Both the position numbers and the translations under genes were made by a program. 64,000 nt of DNA from Chloroflexota bacterium (GTDB taxonomy: Bacteria > Chloroflexota > UBA11872 > VXOZ01), in contig OZ219802.1 in the NCBI GenBank assembly GCA_964291655.2, positions 480,001 through 544,000 on the forward strand, read 5' to 3'. Shown here piece after piece: positions 29,878-39,709 of this stretch (position 1 is the first letter of the stretch; each line of letters begins with the position of its first letter). The notes beneath the pieces were generated by a model that saw only the letters and a program-made list of their open reading frames with translations, was not told the origin of the DNA and searched no databases.

Positions 29878-30444
29878 TTGATCGAAACTGGCAACCTACG
29901 ACGTGGCGTCGTAATCGAGTACGAAGACACGATTTATCGCTTGGAAGACGTGAAGCACATCAAGATGGGCCGCGGCGGCGCGGTGGTGCGGCTTAAGCTG
30001 CGGCACGTGCAAGAAGGCCACATCATCGACCGCACCTGCGATGCCGGCGCCCGCTTTCGCCGGATCCGTCTTGAGCAACGCCCGGCCCAATTCCTCTATC
30101 GCGACGGTGACGTCTTTCACTTCATGGATACGGAATCGTACGACGAAATCCTTGTGGACGGCGCTCTGCTTGGCAATGCCGAAAACTTCCTCAAGGATGG
30201 CGCTTCCATCGAGCTTGAAATGCATGGCGAACGAGTATTAGACTCCACACTGCCTCCATCCGTAGAACTTGATGTCGCGGACACTGCGCCCGGCTTTAAG
30301 GGCGACACGGCCGCGGGTGGCACCAAGCCCGCTACAGTCGAAACGGGGCTGGTCGTCAATGTTCCGCTCTTCGTTAACGTGGGAGAGACAATTCGTGTGG
30401 ATACACGAACGAGCAGCTATATCGAGCGGGTGCGATCATCGTGA
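29878..30444 (+). CDS. efp: elongation factor P
   Basis: KMGRGGA loop, FMDTESY, PGFKGDTA, KPATVETG, VPLFV, RVDTR. Confidence 0.93.
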   Translation: MIETGNLRRGVVIEYEDTIYRLEDVKHIKMGRGGAVVRLKLRHVQEGHIIDRTCDAGARFRRIRLEQRPAQFLYRDGDVFHFMDTESYDEILVDGALLGNAENFLKDGASIELEMHGERVLDSTLPPSVELDVADTAPGFKGDTAAGGTKPATVETGLVVNVPLFVNVGETIRVDTRTSSYIERVRSS

Positions 30445-30938
30445 GCGATCAAGGCGAACAGACGGAGCTGCCATCTTCCCGAGAGACTACTCCCCTCTCC
30501 CAGGTAATTCACGAGCGTTTGAAGCCGTTGCTCGAACTCATCAGCAATTCTGACGTAGAGGAACTGTCGCTTGAGCATGACGGCATTCGCGTGGCAATCA
30601 AGCGCACCCCCCACATGATGTCGGTCGTCTCGTCGTCTCCTCCGCCCGAAGTGGAAGAAGCAGAGCCGCAATTGCACGTCGTGCACGCGGGTAGGGTAGG
30701 AGTGTTTTCCCGCAGCCGGCGACAGGAGCAACTACCCGTCATCGACGAGGGCGCGGAGATAGAGGAAGGACAGTTGCTCGGCTACATCGAGGTGCTTAAC
30801 GTGCTCAATGAAGTCCACGCACCCTTTGCCGGTACTCTTGAGCGCTTTCTTGTGGAATCCCGGCAGCCGGTTGAATACGGCCAGCCGCTTGCTCTAATCG
30901 AACCCGCTCCGGAACCACTAACTGACGACGTGGAGTAG
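30441..30938 (+). CDS. AccB/BCCP-like protein lacking the biotinylation motif
   Basis: AccB N-terminal segment and biotinyl fold (GQLLGYIE..NEV.AP..G..VE..QPVEYGQPL), but EVLNV stands in place of EAMKM. Confidence 0.8.
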   Translation: MSDQGEQTELPSSRETTPLSQVIHERLKPLLELISNSDVEELSLEHDGIRVAIKRTPHMMSVVSSSPPPEVEEAEPQLHVVHAGRVGVFSRSRRQEQLPVIDEGAEIEEGQLLGYIEVLNVLNEVHAPFAGTLERFLVESRQPVEYGQPLALIEPAPEPLTDDVE

Positions 30939-31263
30939 GGCGCATTCGAGGCACGCTGGGTGCTTCGCGCTCAGCACACGTCGCTCGTTCATGTACCGGC
31001 GATGCAAGTCAGAAGAATGCTCTGGTATTCTGCCCCTCACAAGCTCCCACATGCTATTATTTAACTTGGACTCAACTAATCGACTTTCAAAGAATATCTC
31101 ACTAGGTGTACCGATCACTTTGTGAGACACCTTATCTGAGAACTGGAGCTGTTCGTAGCGCGTGGGCTTTCCCCCGCTCTTTGAACAGAGTGCAGCCTAC
31201 ATCGCTCTTTCGTTCGCCAGAGCTCCTCTTGTAGACGACATTCCTCGCAGGGAATCTGAGAAT

Positions 31264-31803
31264 ATGGATACGTATTACGCCAAGGATAGGCAAGAATGGC
31301 GGGCATGGCTTCACGAGCACCACGCCCACGCCAAGGAAATTTGGCTGGTCTATTACCGCAAAGCCACAGGCAAACCCCGTGTTGCATACAATGATGCCGT
31401 TGAGGAAGCCCTCTGCTTTGGCTGGATAGACAGCCAGCAAAAGGGCATCGATGAGGAGCGATTTGCACAGCGGTTTTCGCCACGCAAGCCGGGCAGCAAT
31501 TGGTCGGAATCGAACAAAGCGCGCCTGCGCCACCTCATCGCCCAAGGCAAGATGACGTCCGCCGGGTTGGCCGCCGCACAGGGCGTGGCGTTGGATGAAC
31601 CATTTGTCATCGCGCCGGACATCGAGTCTGCGCTAAGAGCGGACCCGCAAACCTGGCAGCACTTTCAGGATTTCCCGGAAGACTATCAACGCATCCGCGT
31701 AGCGTTCATCGAGAGCGCACGCAACAGACCCGCGGAATTCAAGAAACGTCTGGGCTTCTTTCTCAAGAAGACTGCGCAGAACAAGACCTTCAAATACGGC
31801 TAA
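31264..31803 (+). CDS. YdeI/OmpD-associated family protein
   Basis: EWRAWL, EEALCFGWID, FSPRKPGSNWS, GKMTSAG. Confidence 0.88.
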   Translation: MDTYYAKDRQEWRAWLHEHHAHAKEIWLVYYRKATGKPRVAYNDAVEEALCFGWIDSQQKGIDEERFAQRFSPRKPGSNWSESNKARLRHLIAQGKMTSAGLAAAQGVALDEPFVIAPDIESALRADPQTWQHFQDFPEDYQRIRVAFIESARNRPAEFKKRLGFFLKKTAQNKTFKYG

Positions 31804-32030
31804 GCCGGCGCCGGCAGAGCGTAGCATGCACGTTGACACTTTGGATTGCGAGCAAGAGCAACCTGCAACGATTGATTGGGCCTCGAGCCAAAATTGCCCG
31901 CTCTGGGGTGTGAGAGAATATTGAGCCAACAGATGGGCTTCCTCGCGGCCGTTGCGTTTGGCGGGCTGAGTCGAATTGGAATCAACACGTAAACCAGTGA
32001 ATTAGCATTTATCGCACTAAGGGAGTCTTG

Positions 32031-33059
32031 ATGACAAAGACCTTGCCCGCATCGGCTGAGATGGATGCAAATGAAACTAAAAATAGCGCAATTGTAGTCG
32101 CCGGATTACGCAAGTCCTTCAAGGACTTAGAAGTGCTCAAGGGGATCGACCTCACGGTCGCACGAGGGAGCATTCTGGCGTTGCTTGGTCCTAACGGCGC
32201 CGGCAAGACTACAATCATTCGCATATTGAGCACATTGCTGCCACCTGATGGCGGCCAGGCGCTTGTAAACGGCTTCGACGTGTCCCGGGAAGGGGGCCAG
32301 GTGCGCAAGAGCATTGGGCTCACCGGACAGTACGCGGCGGTGGACGAGTATCTCACCGGGGAAGAGAACTTGCTGATGCTGGGCAGGCTCTATCGCCTCA
32401 GCATTGCCGATACGAAGCGCCGTACCCGCGACCTTTTGGAGCTATTCGAACTCACCGATGCCGCCGGGCGCACGGTGAAGACCTATTCCGGCGGAATGCG
32501 CCGCCGCCTCGACTTGGCGATGAGCCTCATTGCATCCCCACCTGTGCTGTTCTTGGATGAGCCCACCACCGGCCTCGATCCGAGAAGCCGTCTGTCGCTG
32601 TGGGAGATGATCAAGCGCCTCTCGGCCAGCGACGTCACCATCCTGCTGACGACGCAATATATGGAAGAAGCCGACCAATTGGCAGACCAGATCGTTGTCA
32701 TCGATCACGGCAGTGTGATTGCCGCCGGCACGGCAGACGAGCTAAAGTCCCGCATCGGCGCCGCACGCTTGGATCTCACAATTGCCGCATCCAGTGATTT
32801 CGGAAGGGCTGAGCAAGCGCTGGACGGCCAAGCCCTGCACCTGGATAGCAAGCGGCGCTTGCTGAGCATTGCCAGCCAGCACGGCGTCCACGAGCTGAGA
32901 GAGGTGCTGCAGCGCTTAGAAGAAGCCGACATAGAAGTGGAGAACGTCTCGCTGCATCGTCCCACCCTGGATGATGTCTTTCTCACGCTAACGGGAACCG
33001 CGACTACACCCCAATCCGACGATCAACCGGAAGAGGGCCAGGAGAAGGAGAGGGAATGA
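32031..33059 (+). CDS. ABC exporter ATP-binding subunit (DrrA-like)
   Basis: GPNGAGKT, YSGGMRRRLD, LDEPTTGLDP, PTLDDVFL. Confidence 0.92.
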   Translation: MTKTLPASAEMDANETKNSAIVVAGLRKSFKDLEVLKGIDLTVARGSILALLGPNGAGKTTIIRILSTLLPPDGGQALVNGFDVSREGGQVRKSIGLTGQYAAVDEYLTGEENLLMLGRLYRLSIADTKRRTRDLLELFELTDAAGRTVKTYSGGMRRRLDLAMSLIASPPVLFLDEPTTGLDPRSRLSLWEMIKRLSASDVTILLTTQYMEEADQLADQIVVIDHGSVIAAGTADELKSRIGAARLDLTIAASSDFGRAEQALDGQALHLDSKRRLLSIASQHGVHELREVLQRLEEADIEVENVSLHRPTLDDVFLTLTGTATTPQSDDQPEEGQEKERE

Positions 33060-33886
33060 AAGAATCAATGTCTTTGCTTGCCAATACGCAACCAGAGGCC
33101 CGTCCGGAGATCTTCTGGACGCTCGACAACTCCTGGGTGCTTACCAAGCGCAGCCTTAAACACATCATTCGCAACATCGATCAGTTGCTCTCAACCTTCC
33201 TGATGCCCGTGATGTTCTTGTTGCTCTTTCGCTACGTCTTTGGCGGCGCGATCAACACAGGGGACACGAGTTACGTCAACTTTCTGGTGGCCGGTATCCT
33301 GGTGCAGACGGCTGCCTTCGGGGCCAATACGACCACCTTCAGCGTGCTCGTCGATCTGCAGCGGGGCATAGTCGATCGTTTCCGCGCGCTGCCGATGGCG
33401 AGCTCGGCTCTGCTCGCGGCGCACGTCATTGCCGATTTGGTGCGAAATACGATTTCGGCGTTGATAATGCTTGTTGCGAGTTTTCTCGTTGGATTTCGCC
33501 CCACGGCAGATCTTTCCGAGTGGCTACTGGTACTCGGCCTATTGCTCCTCTTTACACTCGCGATTTCCTGGGTTTCGGCCATTCTGGGCATGGTCGTCAA
33601 GTCGCTGGAGGCCGCACAGTGGTCAGGTTTCATGGTGCTGATGCCGCTCACATTTGCCAGCAGCGCCTTCGTGCCTACCGCCAGCATGCCGACCGTGCTG
33701 CGCGTCTTTGCTGAAAACCAACCCGTTACCCACGTCATCGAAGCCATGCGCGCCTGGATGGTCGGCACGCCCATTGGCAATAGCGGCTGGCTGGCGCTCT
33801 TCTGGTGCACCGGCATAATCGTGATTGCCATGCCGGTGGCCACGTGGATATTCCGCAACCGGACATCGGATCCGCGCCCTGGCTAA
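33056..33886 (+). CDS. ABC-2 exporter permease (DrrB-like)
   Basis: YVFGGAI, DRFRALP, SSAFVP..MP, NQPVT; six TM; ATGA overlap with the ATPase gene. Confidence 0.9.
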   Translation: MKESMSLLANTQPEARPEIFWTLDNSWVLTKRSLKHIIRNIDQLLSTFLMPVMFLLLFRYVFGGAINTGDTSYVNFLVAGILVQTAAFGANTTTFSVLVDLQRGIVDRFRALPMASSALLAAHVIADLVRNTISALIMLVASFLVGFRPTADLSEWLLVLGLLLLFTLAISWVSAILGMVVKSLEAAQWSGFMVLMPLTFASSAFVPTASMPTVLRVFAENQPVTHVIEAMRAWMVGTPIGNSGWLALFWCTGIIVIAMPVATWIFRNRTSDPRPG

Positions 33887-34013
33887 GAGACACGCGATCG
33901 GTGGCGCCTGAGCGAAGTTCTTCATGTAAACCACGGGCAGAGTACATCTTTACGCCACAACGTAGTATCATGAGCGAGAAGGTGCAGTCTCGAGCAGTTG
34001 GGGAAGGCAGGCT

Positions 34014-34886
34014 ATGCGCACCATTCAATTGCCGTGGTGGGACCCGCATGGGTGGACACAGCCGCGAGCGCTCCGCCGCGAGGAGTGGGCGACCGGTACA
34101 ACCCATGAAACAACGCTGCTCGTCGCCGACAGGCGCATCCCGCTCATCGCCGGATTCATAGCCGGGGCGGGCGTATTTGCCGGTCTCTTTGCTGTGATCA
34201 TGATCCTGATCGCCATATGGCCGATCATGGTCATGCTGTTTACCCTCAACCTCGTGGGTGTCGTTTCGCTCGTCCTTTCCCACACTTTTGGCTGGGTCGC
34301 AATTCTCATGGACCTTTGGCCTGCCCTCCTGTTAAGCGGCTTTCTCGGCTTGGCCAAGGCCCGTCTCAATCTTCGCAGTGTGGAGCGTCGCCTGCGCCCA
34401 ATGCCCCTTCACTCGCGGTGGGACACGCTACCCGGCTTGCTCCTCAGCCTCATCGGGGTGCCGCTGCTCTTCTTGGGGCTTGCGGTGTGGAAAGAGTTCC
34501 CGATCATGGTCGTATACCTCTTGTTCGTGTGGCTCCTCTCTGGTTTGGTCTACGACCAGTACTGGAATATCTGGTTTCAAGGCATGCTCCAATCGTGGGT
34601 GGGTTCAGCGGTCTGGTTCCGCCGCACACTGAGCCTCTCGTACGTTCTGCACAACGATAGCGACCTCTTCGGCTGCATCATCGCCGATCTTGCCGTGAGC
34701 GAAGACGGTCACAAGGCGCACATTCAGGGCTGGTTCCGCACGCCGGAACAGGTGAAGCGAGCGCATCAAGTGGCTCGCCGCATCGTCGGCATCCGCGAGG
34801 TGGAAGTGGAAACGCTCTCATGGGACTTGCAGGATGATATGTGGGATGAGTACACCGCCACCGGCGTACGTTCCTTGGTCGTCTGA
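34014..34886 (+). CDS. hypothetical multi-pass membrane protein with C-terminal BON-like domain
   Basis: Several TM helices, then HIQGWFRTPEQVKRAHQVARRIVGIREVEV; paralog of the next gene. Confidence 0.6.
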   Translation: MRTIQLPWWDPHGWTQPRALRREEWATGTTHETTLLVADRRIPLIAGFIAGAGVFAGLFAVIMILIAIWPIMVMLFTLNLVGVVSLVLSHTFGWVAILMDLWPALLLSGFLGLAKARLNLRSVERRLRPMPLHSRWDTLPGLLLSLIGVPLLFLGLAVWKEFPIMVVYLLFVWLLSGLVYDQYWNIWFQGMLQSWVGSAVWFRRTLSLSYVLHNDSDLFGCIIADLAVSEDGHKAHIQGWFRTPEQVKRAHQVARRIVGIREVEVETLSWDLQDDMWDEYTATGVRSLVV

Positions 34887-35094
34887 CGGGAGCACGCTCC
34901 TGCAGGAACCTCCCAGCGTGTATGCCAAAATGGGAACCAGCGTTGCGTGGAGGTCTCATGACCGTCAGTCTGCCTTTTGCTTCTCTCGAACCGAGAACGA
35001 CGCAAGACTCCAATGACGAGTCCTTGAGCCAACAACACAGCGCAGGTCGATCCTTGGCCGCAATTCCGGCGAGAACATAGCTTCAGGTGAAGAA

Positions 35095-36117
35095 GTGGCA
35101 CAGCCGAACAGCCTTGGCGGCGCTGGTGATGACGCGCGCTTCCTCTCGCGCCGTGAGATAGTCTCCGCCACGGTGGCGGATGCGCTGGTAATGATTGCCA
35201 GCCTGCGGGTAACACTCCTGGCAGGCTTCATCGGCGGCGGGCTGGCGCCGTTGGCGTTTATCATACCGATCGGACTTGCCGTCGTCCTATGGCCCATATT
35301 CAACGCCTTCATGTTGGCGCTGATGGCGGGCGCCTTGCTCTTTGCCATTGTCCTCACTCCGTTGGTGATTCTCTCCGGCTTTTGGGAACGCCTGCGCACC
35401 CTCAAGATTCTCGAGATTGCAACGGGGCTCATCCTGCTGGCTGTCATTTTAGTCGGATTGCTAACTGTGCGGTCTGCGGAGCCCGGGTCTCCTCCAATTA
35501 GCCTGGGCATGATTTTTGGAGGTGTACTCACCATAGTGTCGTTGATCTTGAACACGTCGCCTATTACTCTTGGCGCGGGTATTCTGGGCGCGTTCATGGC
35601 GCTCTTGCGTCGTTTTCAGGCTGATCGCGACGCTTACTGGCGCATTACCTTAGGGCCAATCGTCTCCGGATACTTTGGCCCGCACCAAGTCTTGTCCTTC
35701 ATTGCCGTGCCCGTAGGCCTTCTGGTAGCCCTCAACGTCTCAATACAGAATGGTTGGGCGTTAGCGTTTCAGGCCTTTCCAGTCTGGATACTCTCCGGCT
35801 TTCTCTTCTGGGCGTATTGGGAGATTGCCCACAAGTACATTCTGGGCAAGATCACAGGACAGGCCGCCTGGTTCCGCAAGAGTATGGCTCTCGCGAAGGT
35901 GCTTGAAGACGATTCGTACCTTTTTGGATTGCGCTTCGAATCGGTTGGAGTTGATGTGGAACGCGGCGTGGCGCAAATCCGCGCGGAGTTTCGAGACCCC
36001 GACCAGGTTTATCGCGCCCGCCAGGCCTGCCTGCGCGTCGCCGATATCGTGGATGCCGAAGTGGTAGATACAAGTGATCCCTTCCAACGAGTCAGGAAGA
36101 AGAGTTGGGACTACTAG
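35095..36117 (+). CDS. hypothetical multi-pass membrane protein with C-terminal BON-like domain
   Basis: TM bundle, then WFRK..L..VLEDDSYLFG..QIRAEFRDPDQVYRA; paralog of the previous gene. Confidence 0.6.
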   Translation: MAQPNSLGGAGDDARFLSRREIVSATVADALVMIASLRVTLLAGFIGGGLAPLAFIIPIGLAVVLWPIFNAFMLALMAGALLFAIVLTPLVILSGFWERLRTLKILEIATGLILLAVILVGLLTVRSAEPGSPPISLGMIFGGVLTIVSLILNTSPITLGAGILGAFMALLRRFQADRDAYWRITLGPIVSGYFGPHQVLSFIAVPVGLLVALNVSIQNGWALAFQAFPVWILSGFLFWAYWEIAHKYILGKITGQAAWFRKSMALAKVLEDDSYLFGLRFESVGVDVERGVAQIRAEFRDPDQVYRARQACLRVADIVDAEVVDTSDPFQRVRKKSWDY

Positions 36118-36149
36118 CCAAGGGGTCAATCGACAACAAAGAGAGGGTC

Positions 36150-36986
36150 ATGCGCATCGACGCCCACCAGCACTACTGGAAACTAAGCCGCGGGGACTAC
36201 GGCTGGCTCACGCCGGACATGGGCGTTCTCTACCGCGACTACCTCCCCGCCGATCTCGAACCAAGCCTTGAACGGCACAGGATCGACAAGACAGTGCTCG
36301 TGCAGGCGGCTCCCACCACGGCGGAGACGGACTACATGCTCTCGCTCGCCGCTGAGAACGACTCTATCGGTGGCGTCGTCGGCTGGCTCGACATGGCCGA
36401 CCCCAAGTTTCCGCATCTATTCGAGGAATACCGCCAACAGCCTGCGTTTGTGGGAATCCGGCCTATGCTGCATGACCTGTCCGATAACGCGTGGGTGACT
36501 CAGCCTGCAGTGCTTGAGAATCTCACGCTGCTCGCAGAATGCGACTTTCCGTTTGACTTCCTGGTGCGCCCCCAGCACTTGCCCTATGTATTGCAAGTAC
36601 TTGAGAAAGTACCAAACCTGCGCTCCGTTATTGACCATATCGCCAAGCCTGACATCAAAGCGCAACAATTCGAGCCGTGGGCGTCAAATCTCACTGCGAT
36701 TGCGCAGCATGAAAACGTTTACTGCAAGCTCTCCGGCATGGTCACCGAAGCCGATCACGCCAACTGGACGCCGGCGGACCTCAAGCCGTACGTATCGCAC
36801 ACCGTCGAGTGTTTCGGACCGGAGCGCGTGATGTACGGCAGCGATTGGCCCGTCAGTCTCCTGGCGGCACGCTACGACGACGTAATTGGAGCCTTGGAAG
36901 AGACACTGGACCGGGGACTAGATGAGGTGGGCCTTGCGAATGTCTTCGGCGGTAACGCCGGGCAGTTCTATGGCATCGCCAAATAG
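36150..36986 (+). CDS. amidohydrolase_2 family (L-fucono/rhamnono-lactonase-like)
   Basis: IDAHQHYW, VLVQA, IDHIAKP, CKLSG, YGSDWPV. Confidence 0.88.
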   Translation: MRIDAHQHYWKLSRGDYGWLTPDMGVLYRDYLPADLEPSLERHRIDKTVLVQAAPTTAETDYMLSLAAENDSIGGVVGWLDMADPKFPHLFEEYRQQPAFVGIRPMLHDLSDNAWVTQPAVLENLTLLAECDFPFDFLVRPQHLPYVLQVLEKVPNLRSVIDHIAKPDIKAQQFEPWASNLTAIAQHENVYCKLSGMVTEADHANWTPADLKPYVSHTVECFGPERVMYGSDWPVSLLAARYDDVIGALEETLDRGLDEVGLANVFGGNAGQFYGIAK

Positions 36987-37124
36987 CACTTTGCCATTGC
37001 CCTTGAGGGTATCCGAATTCAAACCTAGAGTGCGGTTGCTTGGCTTTCACATTTCGCGTTAACGAGTGAGCCGTTGGCCGTCGAACCCGTCACCTCAATG
37101 ACGCCATCGAGAGGTGGTATTTCC

Positions 37125-38480
37125 ATGGAAAATCGACTAAACGCAGGAGCCGCTTCTGCCAACTTGACACCCTGGCTGGGAATTGCGCTCTGCGGCGGCT
37201 TTGCCCAGCGGCAGGCCACAGACGTGCATGACGATATTCATGCCAAGGCATTGGTGCTTGACAATGGTGAGACCCGCATCGGGATCGTAGTTTGTGACTT
37301 CGTCTGTATGCCCCGGCGCATTGCGGACGCCGTAAAGGAGCGCGTGGCTCAGGCTTGCGGAATACCCCCCAGCCACTTGCTGGTCTGCGCTACGCATACG
37401 CACAGCGGGCCGGCAGTTCGCACAGCCCTCGGCGTGCGTGAAGACCCAATGTATGTGGAGCAGGTTCCTGCCAAGATTGCAGATGCCGTCCAACTGGCGG
37501 TCAAACAACTGCAGCCTGCGCGCATCGGCTGGGCAGGAGCGCGGGAAGACCGCATCAGCTTCAACCGCCGGTGGTGGATGCGCGACGGTACCGTTCACAT
37601 GAATCCGGCCAGCGAAAACCCAGACCCCGTTCGCCCTTCCGGCCCTACCGATCCTGCGTTGAGCTTCCTGTACCTGGAGGACGCGACAGGCAAACCTCTC
37701 GCGGTCCTTGCCTCATTTGTGCTCCACTACGTTGGCACCGACTCGCCGACGGCGCTCTCTGCTGATTACTACGGACATTTCACGACGGAAGTGCAGCGCA
37801 TGCTCGGGACGCAGTGCCTGCCGATTCTCGTAAACGGCACGTCCGGCGATATCAACAACAATGACTATAGCGGTAAGCGGTCGTGGAACAAGACCGGCCA
37901 CGCCCAAGCCAAGCGCATGGCCTCGGTGCTCGCGGGACACGTGCTAAGCGAGAGCCAACTGCTGGACTTGCATGACACCTGCCCGCTTAGCGCCGTATTG
38001 GAAACCGTTACCTATACCCGCAAGACAATCCTGGCGGAAGACGTCTCTGTGGCCCGGCAGATTCTGCGCGATCCCGCCGCTTTTTCGTACGATTCTGGTC
38101 CGTTTAGCTGGGTTGTCGGCCAACCGGTGCATCGACAGTTCTTGCACGTCTATGCCCAAGCATGCATCGATCTCGCCGCCCTACCTCTGGAATTAAACAC
38201 GCGCGTACAGTCTCTGCGGGTGGGTGATGCCGGTTTGGTAGCGCTCCCGGGCGAAGTCTTCGCCGAGACCGGACTAGCCATCAAGGCACAGAGCCCATTT
38301 CACCCTACACTCATCGCCGAGCTTGCCAACGACTATCTCGGCTATATCTGCCCGCAAGAGGCGCTGGAACGACAGGGCGGCTATGAGACCTGGGCCTCGC
38401 CTCATTCCATCGCCGCAGCCGGCACGGCCGAGCGACTCGCACAAGTTGCCGGTCAGCAGCTTGTCGGCCTCCGGCTCTAA
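37125..38480 (+). CDS. neutral ceramidase N-terminal-like hypothetical hydrolase, copy 1
   Basis: AG.A..NLTP, VHDDIHAKALVL, ATHTHSGP, FNRR, SADY, GTSGDIN, LPGEVF, LANDYLGY. Confidence 0.75.
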   Translation: MENRLNAGAASANLTPWLGIALCGGFAQRQATDVHDDIHAKALVLDNGETRIGIVVCDFVCMPRRIADAVKERVAQACGIPPSHLLVCATHTHSGPAVRTALGVREDPMYVEQVPAKIADAVQLAVKQLQPARIGWAGAREDRISFNRRWWMRDGTVHMNPASENPDPVRPSGPTDPALSFLYLEDATGKPLAVLASFVLHYVGTDSPTALSADYYGHFTTEVQRMLGTQCLPILVNGTSGDINNNDYSGKRSWNKTGHAQAKRMASVLAGHVLSESQLLDLHDTCPLSAVLETVTYTRKTILAEDVSVARQILRDPAAFSYDSGPFSWVVGQPVHRQFLHVYAQACIDLAALPLELNTRVQSLRVGDAGLVALPGEVFAETGLAIKAQSPFHPTLIAELANDYLGYICPQEALERQGGYETWASPHSIAAAGTAERLAQVAGQQLVGLRL

Positions 38481-38740
38481 GTTGAGGGGATAGGACTACG
38501 CAGCATCAAGGGGCACCGCGCAAACCCGCAGCAAGCCGAGTCGACAAGGGAGAAACAGCAAACCGCCCACTCATCTAGGCTGATGAGAGCAGGGCACATG
38601 CGGAGCAAACGCCTGCAGTGGGCGACACGACCTTCGCACATGCTCCTAAGCGAGCGCTGCACAATCGGTCAAGCAGCGAGCATCGCAGAGTTCGCGAATG
38701 CCGCTAAGAGGCTGGGAGTTGCGCGTGCAATTCCTGGGCG

Positions 38741-39400
38741 CTACGCCATGGGGTGCATGGAAAGCGCCAGCGACGCCTCGATGTTCCACACGACCTGCGA
38801 GACAGCCTGGCCGATGAGGTCCAGCTTGCGCACTTGCTCGATGCGTCCGGCCGCTTGCCTAAGTTCTTGCTTGGAGAGCAGCGTGCGGAAAATGCCGCAT
38901 GCGTCTGCAAGGCAAATTATTACAATGTCGCGCGGGTCGGGAATGACATCGCTAAAGAGCACCTCCATGATCCGCAGCTTCACTTCGCGCTCGGCCTTCC
39001 CATCTACAACAGGGTAGCGCCGCGAACGAAACACCCACAGGAAGCGATCATCCCGGCTCTCCAAGATTCCATGGGTGATGAGCCGCTTCATCGCTTTATC
39101 GCGAATGGAATAGGCATTCTCGGCTGTGTGCTCGATCCAATGGCAGATGTCGTGCTGATCAGTTGATTTTGAAATACTCTCCAGAGTTGGGTCCAGCAAG
39201 TCGTCGCCAATAGGCGTAGAATCCAACAAGGATAGCCGCTTGGGATCGGTGTCGATCCTATTCTCCAACGCAATGTCCATCAGCACTGCGCCCGCAAGAG
39301 CATAGCGGAGCGACCATTCGGGGATGTGAGCGAATTCACCGCTCTCATCGTCAAGCAAGAGGAGCATGATTTCTTCGGCAAATCTTAGCATTGACTTCAT
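38741..39400 (-). CDS. GPP34/GOLPH3 (Vps74) family protein
   Basis: FAEEIMLLLLDDESG, LAGAVLMDIALENRI, GDDLLD, FLWVF..RRYP. Confidence 0.85.
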   Translation of the reverse strand: MKSMLRFAEEIMLLLLDDESGEFAHIPEWSLRYALAGAVLMDIALENRIDTDPKRLSLLDSTPIGDDLLDPTLESISKSTDQHDICHWIEHTAENAYSIRDKAMKRLITHGILESRDDRFLWVFRSRRYPVVDGKAEREVKLRIMEVLFSDVIPDPRDIVIICLADACGIFRTLLSKQELRQAAGRIEQVRKLDLIGQAVSQVVWNIEASLALSMHPMA

Positions 39401-39709
39401 TCCTTACTACACTGTAGGGTTTGCAAATATCGTAAGACGTTGGTGCAGCCGTTGTCAATGGTAAGCGTATCCGGCCAAATGTGATTGATCGCATTTTGGT
39501 GGAAACCTAGGCTTCAGCCCATTGCATTGTTGCCCTGAATTCTAAGCTTCGCTACCTGCTTGTTCACCTGATCTTCAGCCGTTGTGCCTATGACGAGCAA
39601 TACCAGGTGTCGCCGTGATCCAATATGCTTCCGTTTGACAACATGTTGCGCTATACTTGCGTCTGAAAAGACTGAATTTGTACAAGGCCCACACGAAGGA
39701 GTGACGCTC

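Noticed and set aside
32000-32030. TTAGCA.. motif as a CIRCE/HrcA operator
   Set aside because: The right arm does not match GAGTGCTAA at 9-nt spacing.
39635-39657. TTGACA...TATACT as a sigma70 promoter
   Set aside because: The spacing is only 11 nt, so the two hexamers cannot belong to one canonical promoter.
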